Shown in pieces: positions 26,820-39,719 of a DNA stretch of 59,549 bases. Location: positions 1 to 59,549 of the forward strand of contig NW_026867534.1 in the NCBI RefSeq assembly GCF_020745735.1. The letters are read 5' to 3'. Source of the DNA: Hemiscyllium ocellatum (taxonomy: Eukaryota). Numbering within the stretch: the first letter of the stretch is position 1; each line of letters opens with the position of its first letter. Below the pieces are notes generated by a model. The model made no database searches. It worked only from the letters and a program-made list of their open reading frames with translations, and had not been told where the DNA came from. The translations under genes were made by a program, and so were the position numbers.

Positions 26820-28520
26820 CCCAATAAGGTGATCATCCCTCTCTTATCTCCATTCCATCCAAATATCTTCACTGGGCGTACTCCCAGGAATATCCTCCTG
26901 AAGCACAACCATAATGCTATCCCTAATCAAAAACTCCACTCCTCCTTCTCCTCTCTTGTCCCTCGTTCTATCCTTCATATATCATCTATACCCTGGAACA
27001 CTAAGCTGCCAGTCCTATCCATCCCTGAGCCACATTTCTGTCATACCCATAATATCCCAGTCCCATGTTCAAAACCATACCCTGAGCTCATCTGCCTTCC
27101 CTGTCAGGCCTCTTCCATTGACGTCAATGCAGTGTCACTGCTCAGTCCCACCACGTTCTGTGCCTTGTACTTGACTGCTTGACTTCTGAACTATACCAGC
27201 CTCAGATTTTCCTCTTTTCTCACTATCTATTTGGGTTTACCACTGACTCCCTCACTGGTTTAATGCTCCCCAAATATCACTAGCAAGTCTCCCTACCTAG
27301 ATATTAGACATCTTCCAATTCAGGGACAATCCATCCTTATGCAGGTCAACTCTACCCCAGAGGAGATTACAATGATCCAAAAATGTGAACCCTTCTCCCC
27401 TGCACCGGCTCGTTAGCCACTCACCCAGCACCACCTCCTCTGTAATATGGACATTTTTCAAGATGTCACCATCTATTTCCCCACATTCTGTATCGCCCAT
27501 GTCCTTCTCCACAGTAAACACTATTGCAAAATACTCGTTTAGTATCTCCCCCATCGTCTGCAGTTCCATGCATAGGCTGCCTTGCTGATCTTTGAGTTAC
27601 CTTATTCTCTCTCTCTGGATGGCCTTTTGTTCTGAACATAATTATAAAAGCCCTTTGGCTTATCCTTAACCCTACTTGCCAAAGCTATCTCCTGTCCCCT
27701 TTTTGCCCTCCTGAGTTCCCTCTTAAGTATACTCTTACTGCCTTTCTCCTCAAAGACTTTATTGGATTTTTGGATTGGAATAAATTCAAAATATTACATC
27801 TTGATAAAACAAACGAGGGCAGGACTTACACTAATTAAAAGTAGGGCCTAGTGTAGTGATATGGAACAAAGAGACCGAGGGGTTCAGTCTTTTGAAGCCT
27901 GTGTCAGGTGTAGACAGGATGATTCAGAAGGTGGTTAGCACACTGACCTTCATTGTTCAGACCTTTGAGTAGAGGGAGTCGCTTTGTTGAGGTTGTACAG
28001 GATGTTAGTGAGGCCTCTTCTGCAATACTGTGCCCAGTTCTGGTTGTGCTGTTATAGGAAGGCTATTATTAAATTGGAGTAGATTCAGAAGAGATTTACC
28101 AGGATGGTGATGGGAATGGAAGGATTGTGTAATAAGGAGAGGCTGAGACATTTTTCACTACAGCGTAGGAAGTTCAGGGGTGACCTTATTAGAGGTTTAT
28201 AAATTCATGAAGAGTATGGATAAGGTGAATGGCCGGGGGGAAGGGAATTCAAGACTCGGGTGCATACATTTTGAGAAGAGATGAGAAAGGTTTGAAAAAA
28301 AGACATTAGGGATGTTTTAATTTTTATGCATGTGGAATGAACTTCCAGAGGAAGTGGTAGCTGTGAATACAATTATAATATTTAAAAGACATTTGGATAA
28401 GTACATTAATAGGAAATACTTGGATGAATGTGGACCAAGCAGAGGCAGGTGCGATTAGTTCAGTTTGGAGTTATGGCCGACATGGATTGGTTAGACCACA
28501 GGGTCTGTTTCCTCACTATC
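26820..28520. mobile_element. CR1 fragments (EN and RT on minus strand, then RT and tail on plus strand)
   Basis: MGEILNEYFAIVF on the minus strand; plus-strand LVRP..YCAQFW-like motif and 3' tail. Confidence 0.75.
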
Positions 28521-29285
28521 CCTGTGAATGGCTCCATCCTCACAACTCTCCCAATCACTGTCACCCCATCCAGCCTCACAACTCTTCCAATCACTGTCAC
28601 CTCATTCAGCCTCACAACTCTTCCTTCTCTCTATAATTCCTCTGCAGCATCAGAACGCTCCCTATCTCTCATCTCCTCCAGTTTCTCAAACCTCTGCTAT
28701 ATGTGCCTTTCCTTAATGCCAGTGTTGAGGATACCCTCATTCACTCTGATTGGTTGGAGGACAAACTGGCATTGCCTGGTCCTCCAGTCCCACCCTCTGC
28801 CCCCTGTTGGCCTGCACTGACATCAATCACTGCACAGACCATTCTCTGCTTTTGCTGCTGTTCATCAGGTACGAGAGAGAGGGTTCATTCCTGTTTCTCC
28901 CAATGTCAGACATTAACAACAACTACCTGCATTGTATGGAGCTGTTCACATTGACAAATCTCCCTAAAGTGCTTCACGAATGATGGAAACATTGATTAAA
29001 CAGAACTATTCAGATACAAATTAAAGGAGGACAGAGAGGGTTAGGGAGGATATTCCAGAGGAATGTGTCCTCGGCAGCTCCAATCGTGGATTGATGTAGG
29101 TGGGGAACAGCTTACAATGGAGACAGTTAGTGGCTAAACATAGGTTAACAATCCCATGCCCTAAGGCCCTATCCACACACCAGGCCTTGTTCTCACAGCC
29201 TGTCATTACAAATTACCTATGGTTAGCCCTAACAGTCCCAATTAACAGCTATTCACCCTCCCAGCCTGATAGTTATCTAATCCTT

Positions 29286-30557
29286 TATCATTTCCCTGGG
29301 GCAGGCTACTTCGATGTCACCTTCAGGAGCGTGAAGCAATGCCAGCAGCTCCTGAAGGTCTTCAAGGAAAAGGACGGGGAGCCGCTGTTCTCCATCTTGT
29401 CGGGGGTCCCGCTGTGTGTGCTTCCTGCACAGAGGAGTCGGGTTGTCACGATCCACATGTGCGACCCCTATGTTCCAGCAACTGATGTCCTGACGTTCCT
29501 GAGGAGATATGTGCAGGTTGAGGGAGAAAGCACTGACGTGGTTGACCCTTTCGGGATCTGGACTAGCAAACGACAGGTCAAGGCAACCCTGAGGGTTGAT
29601 GCCAGTGGGAACATCCTCCACCCACTCTCCAGCTTTGCTATCGGAGGGAGCAGAGGGTACCTGACTTATCGCAGGGCAGCCGAAAGTGTGCCGAACCTGC
29701 GGGAGGTCAGGCCACATGGCGGCGGACTGCAAGGTCACGATATGTCGGAACTGCAAGAAGGAGGGCCACCCGACCAAAGAATGCAAGGAGGCAAAAAACT
29801 GCAATCTGTGCGGGGAGGTGGGCCACGTGTACAAGGCCTGCCCAAGACGTGGGGCCGCCACCTACGCGCAGATGGTCGGGGGGTGGGCCACAAACCAGCA
29901 AGGGAACGGTGTCTGGGGGCACGCAAAAAGAAGGACAGGCCGGAGCAGAGCAGACGCCAGCTACTGGAGAGGGACAGCTGCTGAGCAAAGCTCCGACAGG
30001 ACGGGAGGAGGAGGAGGAGAAGGGAAAGGAGGAGGCAGAGCAATGGATCCTGGTGCAAAACAAGAGGAGGGAAACCCACCCAGCTGCCAAAACCTCCCAG
30101 AAACAGGGGAAAAGGCAGCTGCATGGGGAAGACACGGACAGCTCTTCGGAGGGTGAGGACGGACGTAAGGAGGGTCGTCACCAAAAGAAGAGGCAGAGTG
30201 CTGCGGGGAGAAAGGAGAGCAGCAACTGCCAACCAAGGGACGAACCTCCTGAGGCAATGGGAAGCTATCACACCCCCACCAGGTAAAAGCCAGGAGGGCC
30301 CCACCCCCACACAGCTCCAGGTCACTGGGAGCAGCGACCCTCTGACAGCCCCACTGTCAGATATAGAAGCAGACAGCGTGGACCCTGGTCACAGCCCGAT
30401 GACACCGGAGCGGGAAAATGGACCAAGTGAGGAGCTGGACAGCTACCTCAGCCCTGCGAGGGTCCAGCAGTTCGTGTTCTGCATGGGGATGCAGACAGCT
30501 ACCCCCGAGGGGCAGGACCGGCGGCAATTGGACACGGGTAACCTCACAACTTGTTAA
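29286..30557 (+). pseudogene. Tx1 ORF1 (gag-like, 3 zinc knuckles), frameshifted
   Basis: FPGAGYFDVTF at the truncated start; 1-bp insertion near 29670; CRTCGRSGHMAADC, CRNCKKEGHPTKEC and CNLCGEVGHVYKAC. Confidence 0.85.
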
Positions 30558-30562
30558 AAGAA

Positions 30563-33500
30563 ATGGGGATTTAAATTGCCAGTATTAATGTGGGCAACAT
30601 AAAGTCTGCTGTGTGATGTGTTTCAACGCTGGCCTTCCTGGCCAACGTCAAAGCTGATGTCCTGTTTCTGCAGGAGTGTGGGATACCGCACCTCAGCAGT
30701 TACAGGAGATGGTCGAGCTTGTGGGCCCATGGGCCGTCAGTGTGGTCGGGAGGCAACGATAACCGCTCCTCAGGCCTGGGTATCCTGTTGCGGGGAGGCA
30801 ACTTCACCATCTCCGAGGTTAAGGAGGTGGTGGGCGGGCGCCTCCTCGTCGCGGATGTTAAATACAGAAACGCTCCCGTGAGACTAATCACCGTGTACGC
30901 CCCAGCGGGTAAGAGTGAACGGTTGGCCGTCCTGCAGCAGCTTCCACTGTTGCTGGCTCCATCCAGGCCGGTCATTCTGGCCGGAGACTTCAACTGTATC
31001 ATTGATGCAGATGGACGATCCGGAGGGTGGGGGGACAGTAAACTGGACGCCACGTCCAGAGCCCTGATGGAAACGGTCAAAGATGCCAAGCTGCACGACG
31101 TCTTCATCACCCCTGCAGACGGAGCGCAGCGTAGATACACCTGGTCACGGGCAGACGGGTCTATTCGCTCAAGGATAGATGACCTGTTTGTGTCCCGAAC
31201 GCTCTCGGTCAGATCCACCGACATCAAGCCGGTGTTCTTCTCTGACCACTGCCTCCTGCTGGCCGACTGTCACCTACAGGACGAGCAGCGGGCTGGTAAG
31301 GGAACATGGAAACTAAACACTAAGCTGTTGACCCCGGGAAACATCGAGGAGCTCAAGAGGGATTACGCAAAGCCCCTCTTTGAGTCTCCAGCAGACTGGT
31401 GGGAAACAGTAAAAGGGAACATCAAGAGGTTCTTCATCCTCAAAAGGTGTTCAGGAGGCGAGGGAGAGGTGGGGAAAACTGTCCCAACTCCAGGAAAGTA
31501 TGCAGAACATGCTCCTGTTGCAGACATTGGGGGTCGATGTCACGGGGGTCCTCCAAGAGGTGAAGGGCCAGCAAGCCTCGCTCTTTGCCTCGGAGGCCTC
31601 CAAGATAATCTTCCGGTCCAGAGTCTGCTCCGTGGAGCAGGACGAGACGTGCTCACGTTTCTTTTTCCAGAAGGTGCACAAAGAGAGCTCCGTGTTCAGC
31701 AGCCTGAAGGAAGAAGATGGCTCGGTAACGTCATCTCAGGCTGACATCATGAGGATCAGCAAATCCTTCTATGCCAGTCTGTATGACTCGAAGCCAACCG
31801 ACAGCGCGGCCTCCCAGTCATTCCTGTCCTCTATCACGGAGGGCCTAGATGACGGAACACGAGAGAGGCTGGACCAGCCGCTATCTCTGGATGAGCAGAC
31901 CAAGGCCCTCGAGTCCTTCGAAAAGAATGAAACTCCCAGAAGCGCCGGCTTACCTGTCGAGATCTATTCCGCTCTTTGGGACTTGATTGGCCGGGACCTG
32001 CTGGAGGTGTATGTCAGTATGTTTCAGGCAGGTACCATGAGTGAATCCATGAGGAAAGGCATCATCACCCTCATCTACAAGCAGGAGGGGGAGGGGGAAG
32101 AAATTAGAAACTGGAGACCGATCTCACTGTTAAACACAGACTACAAAATCTTGTCAAAGGTCATCGCCAACCGGGTCAGGTCTGCTCTGGGATTGGTGAC
32201 CCACCCTGACCAAACCTGTGCTGTACCGGGCAGGAAGATCTCTGAGAGTCTTACACTCCTCAGGGATACGATCGCCTACGTGCAGGACAGGGGGGTGGAC
32301 ACCTGCCTCATCAGCCTGGACCAGGAGAAAGCCTTTGGCAGGATATTGCATACATATATGAGGGATGTCCTCTCCAAAATGGGCTTTGGGGAGGGAATTG
32401 GATCAGACTGCTCTACACCTACATTGTCAGTTCAGTCTCAATCAATGGGTGGGAATCAGATAGCTTCCCTGTAAGATCTGGAGTCAGGCAGGGCTGCCCC
32501 CTCTCACCCGCCTTGTTTGAGTGCTGCATAGAGCCATTTGCCGAATCCATCAGGAAGGATGCGAGCCTGAGAGGGGTGACTATTCCTGGCAGCGGAGGCC
32601 TACATGTTAAGGCCTCCCTGTACATGGATGACGTCGCTGTTTTCTGCTCGGATCCGCTGTCCGTGCACAGACTCATGTGCATCTGTGTCCAGTTCGAACG
32701 GGTCTCGGGGGCCAAGGTAAACCGAGGCAAGAGCGAGGCCATGCTGTACGGGAACCGGGTCGACCAATCCTCTAAACCCTTCACCCTCAGGACTGACCAC
32801 CTGAAGGTGCTGGGTATTTGGTTCGGGGGTGCTGGGGCGTGCGCCAAGACTTGGGAGGAGCGGATCAGGAAGATGAGACAGAAACTAGGCAGATGGGAGC
32901 AACGGTCGCTCTCCATCGTGGGAAAAAACCTGGTCATCAGGTGTGAGGTACTCTCAGTATTGTTATATGTGGCACAGGTCTGGCCTATCCCCAGAATCTG
33001 TGCCGCCGCAGTCACCCGGGCCATCTTCCACTTCATGTGGAGATCAAAGATGGACCGGTTCCGAAGAGACACAATGTACAAAGACCGGTGCAATGGGGGA
33101 AAAAACATGCCCAATGCCACCCTCACCCTGATGGCCACCTTTGTGTGTGGCTGCATCAAGCTGTGCGTGGATCCCCGGTACACAAACACCAAGTGTCACT
33201 ACGTACTGAGGTTCTACCTGTCCCTGGTGTTGCGAAGGATGGGCCTGGCCTCGCTGCCGCGGAACGCTCCAAGTAGTTGGACCGTTCCGTATCACCTGTC
33301 CTTCGTGGAGAAATTTATGAAGAAAAACACCTTTGACCACAAGTCCATCAGGAAGTGGTCAGTACGTAGTGTCCTTGAGACCCTTCGGAAAAAGGAGAGG
33401 GCGGATCCTGTCGAGTGGTTCCCTGAGCAGACTGTCAAAGCTATTTGGCAGAATGCCTCATCGCCAGAACTTTCCAACAAGCACCAAGACATGGCTTGGC

Positions 33501-33942
33501 TGGTGGTGAGAAGGGCTCTGCCTGTGAGATCCTTTATGCACACCCGGACTCTCTGCCGCACCGCACGCTGCCCTCGAAGCGGCTGCGGGGTGGATGAGAC
33601 TGTCACACACCTCCTTCTGGAATGTGCCTATGCAGAGGAAGTCTGGAGTGGTGTTTGTCGAGGTTCGTCCCGAGCAGCACCGTGACGCGGGACTCCGTGC
33701 TCTACGGCCTGTTCCCCGGGACACACACCGAGACGAACATCAACTGCGCCTGGAGGATCATCAACTCGGTGAAGGACGCTCACTGGGCGGTCCGAAACCT
33801 GTTGATCTTCCAGCTGAAGGAATTGACCCCGACTGAGTGTTGCAAACTGGCACATTCCAAGGTCCAGGACTACGTGTTGAGGGACGTGCTGAAGCTTGGG
33901 GCAGCTGCCACCAAGGCGCGGTGGGGAAAGACCACCGTGTAA
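30563..33942 (+). pseudogene. Tx1 ORF2 (APE endonuclease, RT, C-terminal Cys/His motif) with stops and frameshifts
   Basis: ATG at 30563 followed by early TAA and TGA stops; GDFN 30983-94; SDH 31241-49; WRPISLLNTDYKIL; YMDD 32621-32; CPRSGC..ETVTHLLLEC. Confidence 0.9.
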
Positions 33943-34439
33943 CATCTGCCTGCCTAAGAAGAACAGGGGGCCCACGTAGTCATTTGGGCTCTGCTGGCAC
34001 CTCAGCTCAAAATATAATCATACCGACTTGTAAATAGGAATGATAACTCTGTTTTGGTATGAAAAGAAATGGAATGTTTACCTATGTACGGCATGTCCAG
34101 TTGTATAGATCAAAGTATTTATGAATAAAGTATATTTCTAAAATAAAAAAAATCCTTGATCCAACTGTTCTTCTCGCTCTATCCCCACCTCCCCTTTACT
34201 CCTTACATCCTCCCCCCACCCTACCTTCTGCATATAAACTGACTTATTTTCCCTCGGTAACGTCAGTTCTGAGGAAGGGTCACCGGATCTGAAACTTTAA
34301 CTCTGGTTTCTCTTCACAGATGCTGTTCGGCCCGCTGACATTTTCACGAGCCTCCTGGTTGTTGTTTCTGATTTACAGCATCCACAGTTCTTTTGGTTTT
34401 AATTGACCAGGAGTTTGTAATTCAGGTCTAGCAGCCTCT

Positions 34440-34600
34440 CTGCTGGCTCTCCCACTCACAGTGACATTGTCCCTGCACAGCTCATGGTCATGTGGCATCT
34501 TGCTGGCCACGCCTCTTATTCGTTCCCATTGGCTGGAAGGACCACACCAACTCACCTCCTATTGGTCAGTGAGCCAGGCCCCATTGTGATGAGAGTGGAG
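34440..34600. promoter_or_regulatory. Promoter-like module with paired CCAAT boxes
   Basis: Reverse CCAAT (ATTGG) at 34528-32 and 34561-65 in NF-Y-like contexts; GCCACGCC Sp/KLF-like site at about 34506. Confidence 0.4.
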
Positions 34601-35039
34601 GGCTCCTACCTCTCTCTGCCCTGGGATGAGCTTCATCATTCACAGTGAATGGGGCAGTATCACATAGCACAGAGGCTGGGGGCTATTCAACCCATTGGAG
34701 CTGTACTCTCTCCCTCTGGAGATGCTGCAAATCTGTCCCAATTCCCCTCACATTTGGCCACAACCTCCCAAGACTTTCCTTAAAAAGTAAAATTGCAAAT
34801 CTGTTTGAGAATACCTGCTGAATCTGTGTCCACCTGCTGTTCAGACCATTCCAGATGCTCAGAATGTACTGAGTAAAGTATAGGTCACATATTCACCTTG
34901 TATTATTTGCCAATTAACTTAAAGTAGTTGCTAAAATTGTGACATTATTAAAAATTCCCCTCTCTCTTCAAATTAAATAACTTGGAGACAAATCTACACC
35001 TGGTCATAATCACTGCTTAACCTTCTCAGATCCAAGGAG

Positions 35040-35860
35040 AATTATCTGTGCTGAGATGTACAGCACAGAAACAATGGTCCAATTCGCCCATGCCAACTAG
35101 GAATCCTAAACTAACGGAGTCCCACTTGCCAGCTATTGGTCTGAATTCCTCAAATCCCTCCCTATTCATGTACCCAATCGGATGCCTTTTAAATGTTGTA
35201 AATGTATCAGCCTCCATTACTTCTCTTGCAGCTCATTCCATCCAGTTAGAGAGAGACAATTTCCCACGCACAAAGCCATGCTGACGATCCCTGATCATTC
35301 CTTGCCTTTCCAAATACATGTAAATCCTGTCCCTCAGAATCCCTTCCAACAACTTGCCTGCCACTGACTTCAGGCTGGCTGTTCTCTTGTTCCCTGGCCT
35401 TTCCTGACCACGATGATATAAATACCTCAGGAAGGGGCACTGCAATCACTTCCCGAGCTTTCCACAAATTGCTGGAATACACCTGATCAGACCCAGGGAT
35501 CTATCCACCTTGATGTGATATGAGCCATCCAGTACCACCTCCACTGTAACATGGACAGTGTTTATCACTGTTTATTTCTCCAAACTCTCTAGTTTCCATA
35601 TCCTTCTCTAGTAAAAAAAACGACATGAAATACAAGAACAGTATAGTATCTATCCCTCCTCCTGTTGTACCATAGATGGCCTTGTTGATCATTAAGGGGT
35701 CCTATTCTCTGTCTGGTTATTCTTTTATCCTTGATGTATTTGTAGAATTTCTTTGGATTCTCCTTAAACCATTTCCTGAAGCTATTTCATGTCTCCTTTT
35801 TGCCCTCCTGATTACCCTAGAGTATATTCCTGTAAAAACATGATCCTGTACTCCCAATTC
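35040..35860 (-). mobile_element. CR1 RT fragments
   Basis: SLKSVAGKLLEGILRDRIYMYLERQGMIRDRQHGFVRGK. Confidence 0.85.
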
Positions 35861-36469
35861 CTCTGCCTCTGCCCTACCTACTCCCAGGCAAAGCAATTGC
35901 ACTCCAGGACATCCCAGAAAGTTTTCCTATTTCAAGGACTGCAATTACCCTCACACTTGATCAGCAATGCCCTCCAACACATATCCTCCACTTCCCGCAC
36001 CTCTACCTTTATACCGCCTCTCCCAACTACAATAAGAATATAATCCCCTGGTCCTCACCTGCCACGCAATCCAGAAACAGCACATTAATCTCTGCCATTT
36101 CCGCTACCTACCACACCACTAGGGTCATATTTCCCTCCCAGCCCTATCTGTCCCCGAAACGTCGAATCTCCTACTCCTTGGATGCTGCCTGACCTGCTGC
36201 GCTTTTCCAGCAACACATTTTCAGCTCTGATCTCCAGCATCTGCAGTTCTCACTTTTTTTGGATTGTGGGAGGAAACCCATGCAGACACTGGGAGAATGT
36301 GCAAATTCCACACAAACAGTCGCCTGAGGCTGGAATCAAACCCGGGTCCCTGGTGCGTGGGCAGCAGTGCTAACCACTGAGCCACAATACTGTGGGATCT
36401 TCAGTGCTGATGTGCTGCCCCACTGATACCTCAGTCACTCACCCTGGCTCATTTCCCAAGAGAAGAGGC

Positions 36470-36790
36470 GGTGATGGCCTCGTAATATTATGGCTAGCCA
36501 GTTAATCCAGAGACCCAGATAACCATCGGGGGACCTGGGTTTGAATCCAGACACGGCAGATAATGGAATGTGAATTCAATATAAATCTGCAATTCAGAAT
36601 CTAATGACGACAATGAATCCACTGTCAATTGTTGGGAAAACCCACCTGGATCACTCATGTCCTTTAGGGAAGGAATCTGCCATCCTTACCTGGTCTGGCC
36701 TACAGGTGACTCCAGACCCACAGCAAAGTGGTTGACTGTTGACTGCCCTCTGGGCCCAGCCAGTGACACCCTCATCCTGTGAATGAACAA
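36470..36790 (+). mobile_element. tRNA-derived SINE, second family
   Basis: B-box-like GGTTTGAATCC; same core as 4335-4680. Confidence 0.75.
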
Positions 36791-38314
36791 AGGTAAAAAA
36801 AGGTCAAGTCTTGTATGCAACCATCCTATTCTTACAGAGAACAGTGATCTCCTGGGAAATTTGCTTCTTAATTCCCCACTGATTATTGTTGGGGGGGTGG
36901 GGTTGGTCATACAATCCCAATAAGGTTGTCACTAATTTCTAACTTCTCAATTCCCTGGATGTACTCCCAGGAATACCCTCCTGAAGGCCAGCCGTAATGT
37001 TATCCCTCATCAAAAACACTTCTCCCCCTGCTCTGTTGCCCCCTTTCTATCCTTGCTATAGCATCTATACCCTGGAACATTAAGCTGCTAGTCTATCCAT
37101 CCCTGAGTGATGCCTCTGTAATTGCGATAATATCCCAATGCTATTTCAAATCATATCCTGAGCCCATCTGCCTGACCTGTTGGGCCTCTTGCATTGAAGT
37201 AAATGGAGGTGCTCAGTCCCACCTCATTCTCTGCCTTGCCCTTGACTGTTGATGTATGAACCGTACCAGCCTCAGACTTAGCTCTTTCCTCACATTCACT
37301 TTGGGTTTTCTCCCCTTTGAGAATATTCTGCTCCCTCTCTGAGACATCCTTGACCCTGACACCAGGGAGGCACCACCCCATTCTGAAGTCTCACTGTCAG
37401 CTGCAGAAACAGCAGTCTGTGCCCCTGACTAGAGAGTTCCCTATCACCATCGATCATGTGGAACTGGATATACCTCACGTTACGTTAGAGCCAGTCTCAG
37501 TACCAGTAACTTGGCTGCCACTGCTACATTCCCCTGAGTGTCTGTGACCCCCTACATTTTCCAAAGCAGTATACTTGTTTGAAAGTGGGATAGACAGAGG
37601 AGACGCCTGCACTACCTGCCTCCCTCTCCTACCTTTCCTGGAGGTAACCCATCTACCTGACTGTATCTGCAGGTTTTCTGCCTGAATCGCAGATCACACT
37701 TCCTAGCTCCTGTGAGTGCCTCACTGCCTTTAACTGTCGCTCCAACAGATCTATGCGATCGATAGGATTTGCAACCACTCTTCATGCAGACATCATCATC
37801 AGGATCATTGAAATGTTCCCTAATCTCAGACATCTGACAGGAAGGGCACATCACTCAAAGAATGGCTATCTCTGCAACTTAACATTTTACAGACCCAGAA
37901 AAAGGCACAGTCTTACTGCTCTACAAAATACTGCCCTAGAATAACTTAATACCTGTGTTTTATATTTTCAAAAATTAATAAAGAGACCGTAAGACATATT
38001 AAAATAAAGCCCTCACCTTACTCACTATTGTAGATTTATGAAAATAAAACAAAGATTTATCTTTGAAGAGACTGAAACCCACTGAGCTGATCCCCAGCTC
38101 TGAGTCATTTGAGAGTGAGGTCTCTCTGAGGGCAGCTGTGAAATGTCACTGTTTGTTTCTCTTTGCTGCCCGCTCGATTTCCAGGGAGGTTTATAACTTC
38201 ACAGTCAGTCAGCTGGGAGAGTTCACTGCTTGGTTTTATTGACTGGGATTTGCCTCCAGCCTCACCACCCTCCCTAATGAGCTCTGAGAAGATTAGTAAC
38301 TGAGGTTGGGGTTC

Positions 38315-38410
38315 TGGATGTAGGTTTGCTCGCTGAGCTGGAAGGTTCATGATCAGACATGTCGTGACTATACTAGGTAACATCTTCAGTGAGCCTCCGG
38401 ACGAAGCTAT
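38315..38410 (-). mobile_element. PLE tail with degenerate HHR
   Basis: Minus strand CTGAAGA-T-GTTAC-CTAGTATA-GTCAC-GACAT-GTC at 38353-38390; same architecture as the 18837 copy. Confidence 0.65.
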
Positions 38411-39719
38411 CACTGTAACCCCGCCCCCTCCCCCATCCCCCGCCTCAGAAATTACATGTCTGTAGTATAAGATTTTTTTAAAAATAACTCAAAAACGCAT
38501 GATTTGTTTCCTCCAAACAGATTTCTGCTCTCTAGCCTTTTGAAGAAGTCTTTGGAGATGTCTCAGTTCATTTCCTCAAATTATAATCATAGAAGGAGAG
38601 CTTTCATTTTTTAACATCACTAGAAGGGGAGGTAATCGCCGATGAGGTATTGTCACTGGAGTAGTAACCAACCTGGAGACCCAGGTAATGGTCTGGGGAC
38701 CTGGACTTAAATCCCACCATGGCAAATGGTGGCAATTGAATTCAATAAAATCTGGAATGAAAACTCTAATGATGGCCATGAAACCATTGTCGAGAGGCTG
38801 TTTTCCCTGGAGCGGTGGATGCTGAGGGGTGACCTTATAGAGGTTTTCAAAATTATGAGGGACATGAATAGGATAAATAGGCATTTCTTTTTCCCTGGAG
38901 TCAGGGAGTCCAGAACTAGAGGGCACAGGTTTAGGGTGAGAGGGGAAAGATGTAAAAGAGGATGCCAGAGGATGTGGTGGAGGCTGGTACAATTGCAACA
39001 TTTAAGAGGCATTTGGATGGATATATGATTAGGAAGGGTTTGGAGGGATATGGACTGGGTGCTGGCAGGTGGGACTAGATTGGATTGGGATATCTGGTCG
39101 GCATGGATGGGTTGGACTGAAGGATCTGTTCCCATGTTGTACATCTCTATGACTCTGACTCTAAATGGTCAGTTTCCATGCCATAGGGATTGTACGAGAA
39201 AGTCATTTGGACCGGTACATAATAGGAAATGTTTGGATGCATATAGACCAAGGGGAGGCAGGTGAGATTCACTTAGTTTGGAATTATGGTTGACATGGAT
39301 TGATTGGACCACAGAGTCTGTTTCTGTGCTATATAACACTACAACTCTAATTCTTGCTATCTCTACATTCCTCCCTCTTCACATCTCTGCCTATCACTAT
39401 CACCTCATCCAGCCTCACAACTCTTCCTTATCTCTAATAATTCCTCTCCAGCCTCAGAACCCTCCCGAACTCTAATCCCCTCCAGTCTCTCAAAGCTCTG
39501 CTACATCTGCCTTTCTTTGATTCCAGCCTTGAGGATACCCCATTTTTATTTCTCACTGAATGACGGCCCTTTCAGTTTCCTGCGCCGAGCTCCAGAATTC
39601 CTCCTAAACCTCTCCATCTCACTTTCCTCCCAAACACATTGACCAATCATGTGTCATCTATTCTAATATCACCTTTTCTGACCTGGTTTCAAAGGTGGCC
39701 TGTTATATTCCTATATTAA

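Larger units (their letters stand above)
29286..34150 (+). mobile_element. Tx1-clade non-LTR retrotransposon, slightly 5'-truncated, disabled
   Basis: TSD AATCCTT at 29279-85 and 34151-57; ORF1 with three CCHC knuckles; ORF2 EN-RT-Zn; AATAAA 34124-29; A-rich tail. Confidence 0.93.

Noticed and set aside
26475-27182. 235-aa repeat protein or CRISPR-like array
   Set aside because: The units are contiguous with no unique spacers, are derived from a SINE and sit in a eukaryotic context. The ORFs result from the 51-bp period.
29660-29680. Programmed frameshift in Tx1 ORF1
   Set aside because: There is no slippery sequence, and the element has many other stops and frameshifts, so a 1-bp insertion is simpler.
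29277-33975. Long minus-strand ORFs across the Tx1
   Set aside because: These are antisense shadows of GC-rich retrotransposon coding sequence with no recognisable domains.
13278-34647. Isolated CACAGTG heptamers (13278, 34457, 34641)
   Set aside because: No nonamer at 12, 22 or 23 bp, and no adjacent V or D coding sequence.
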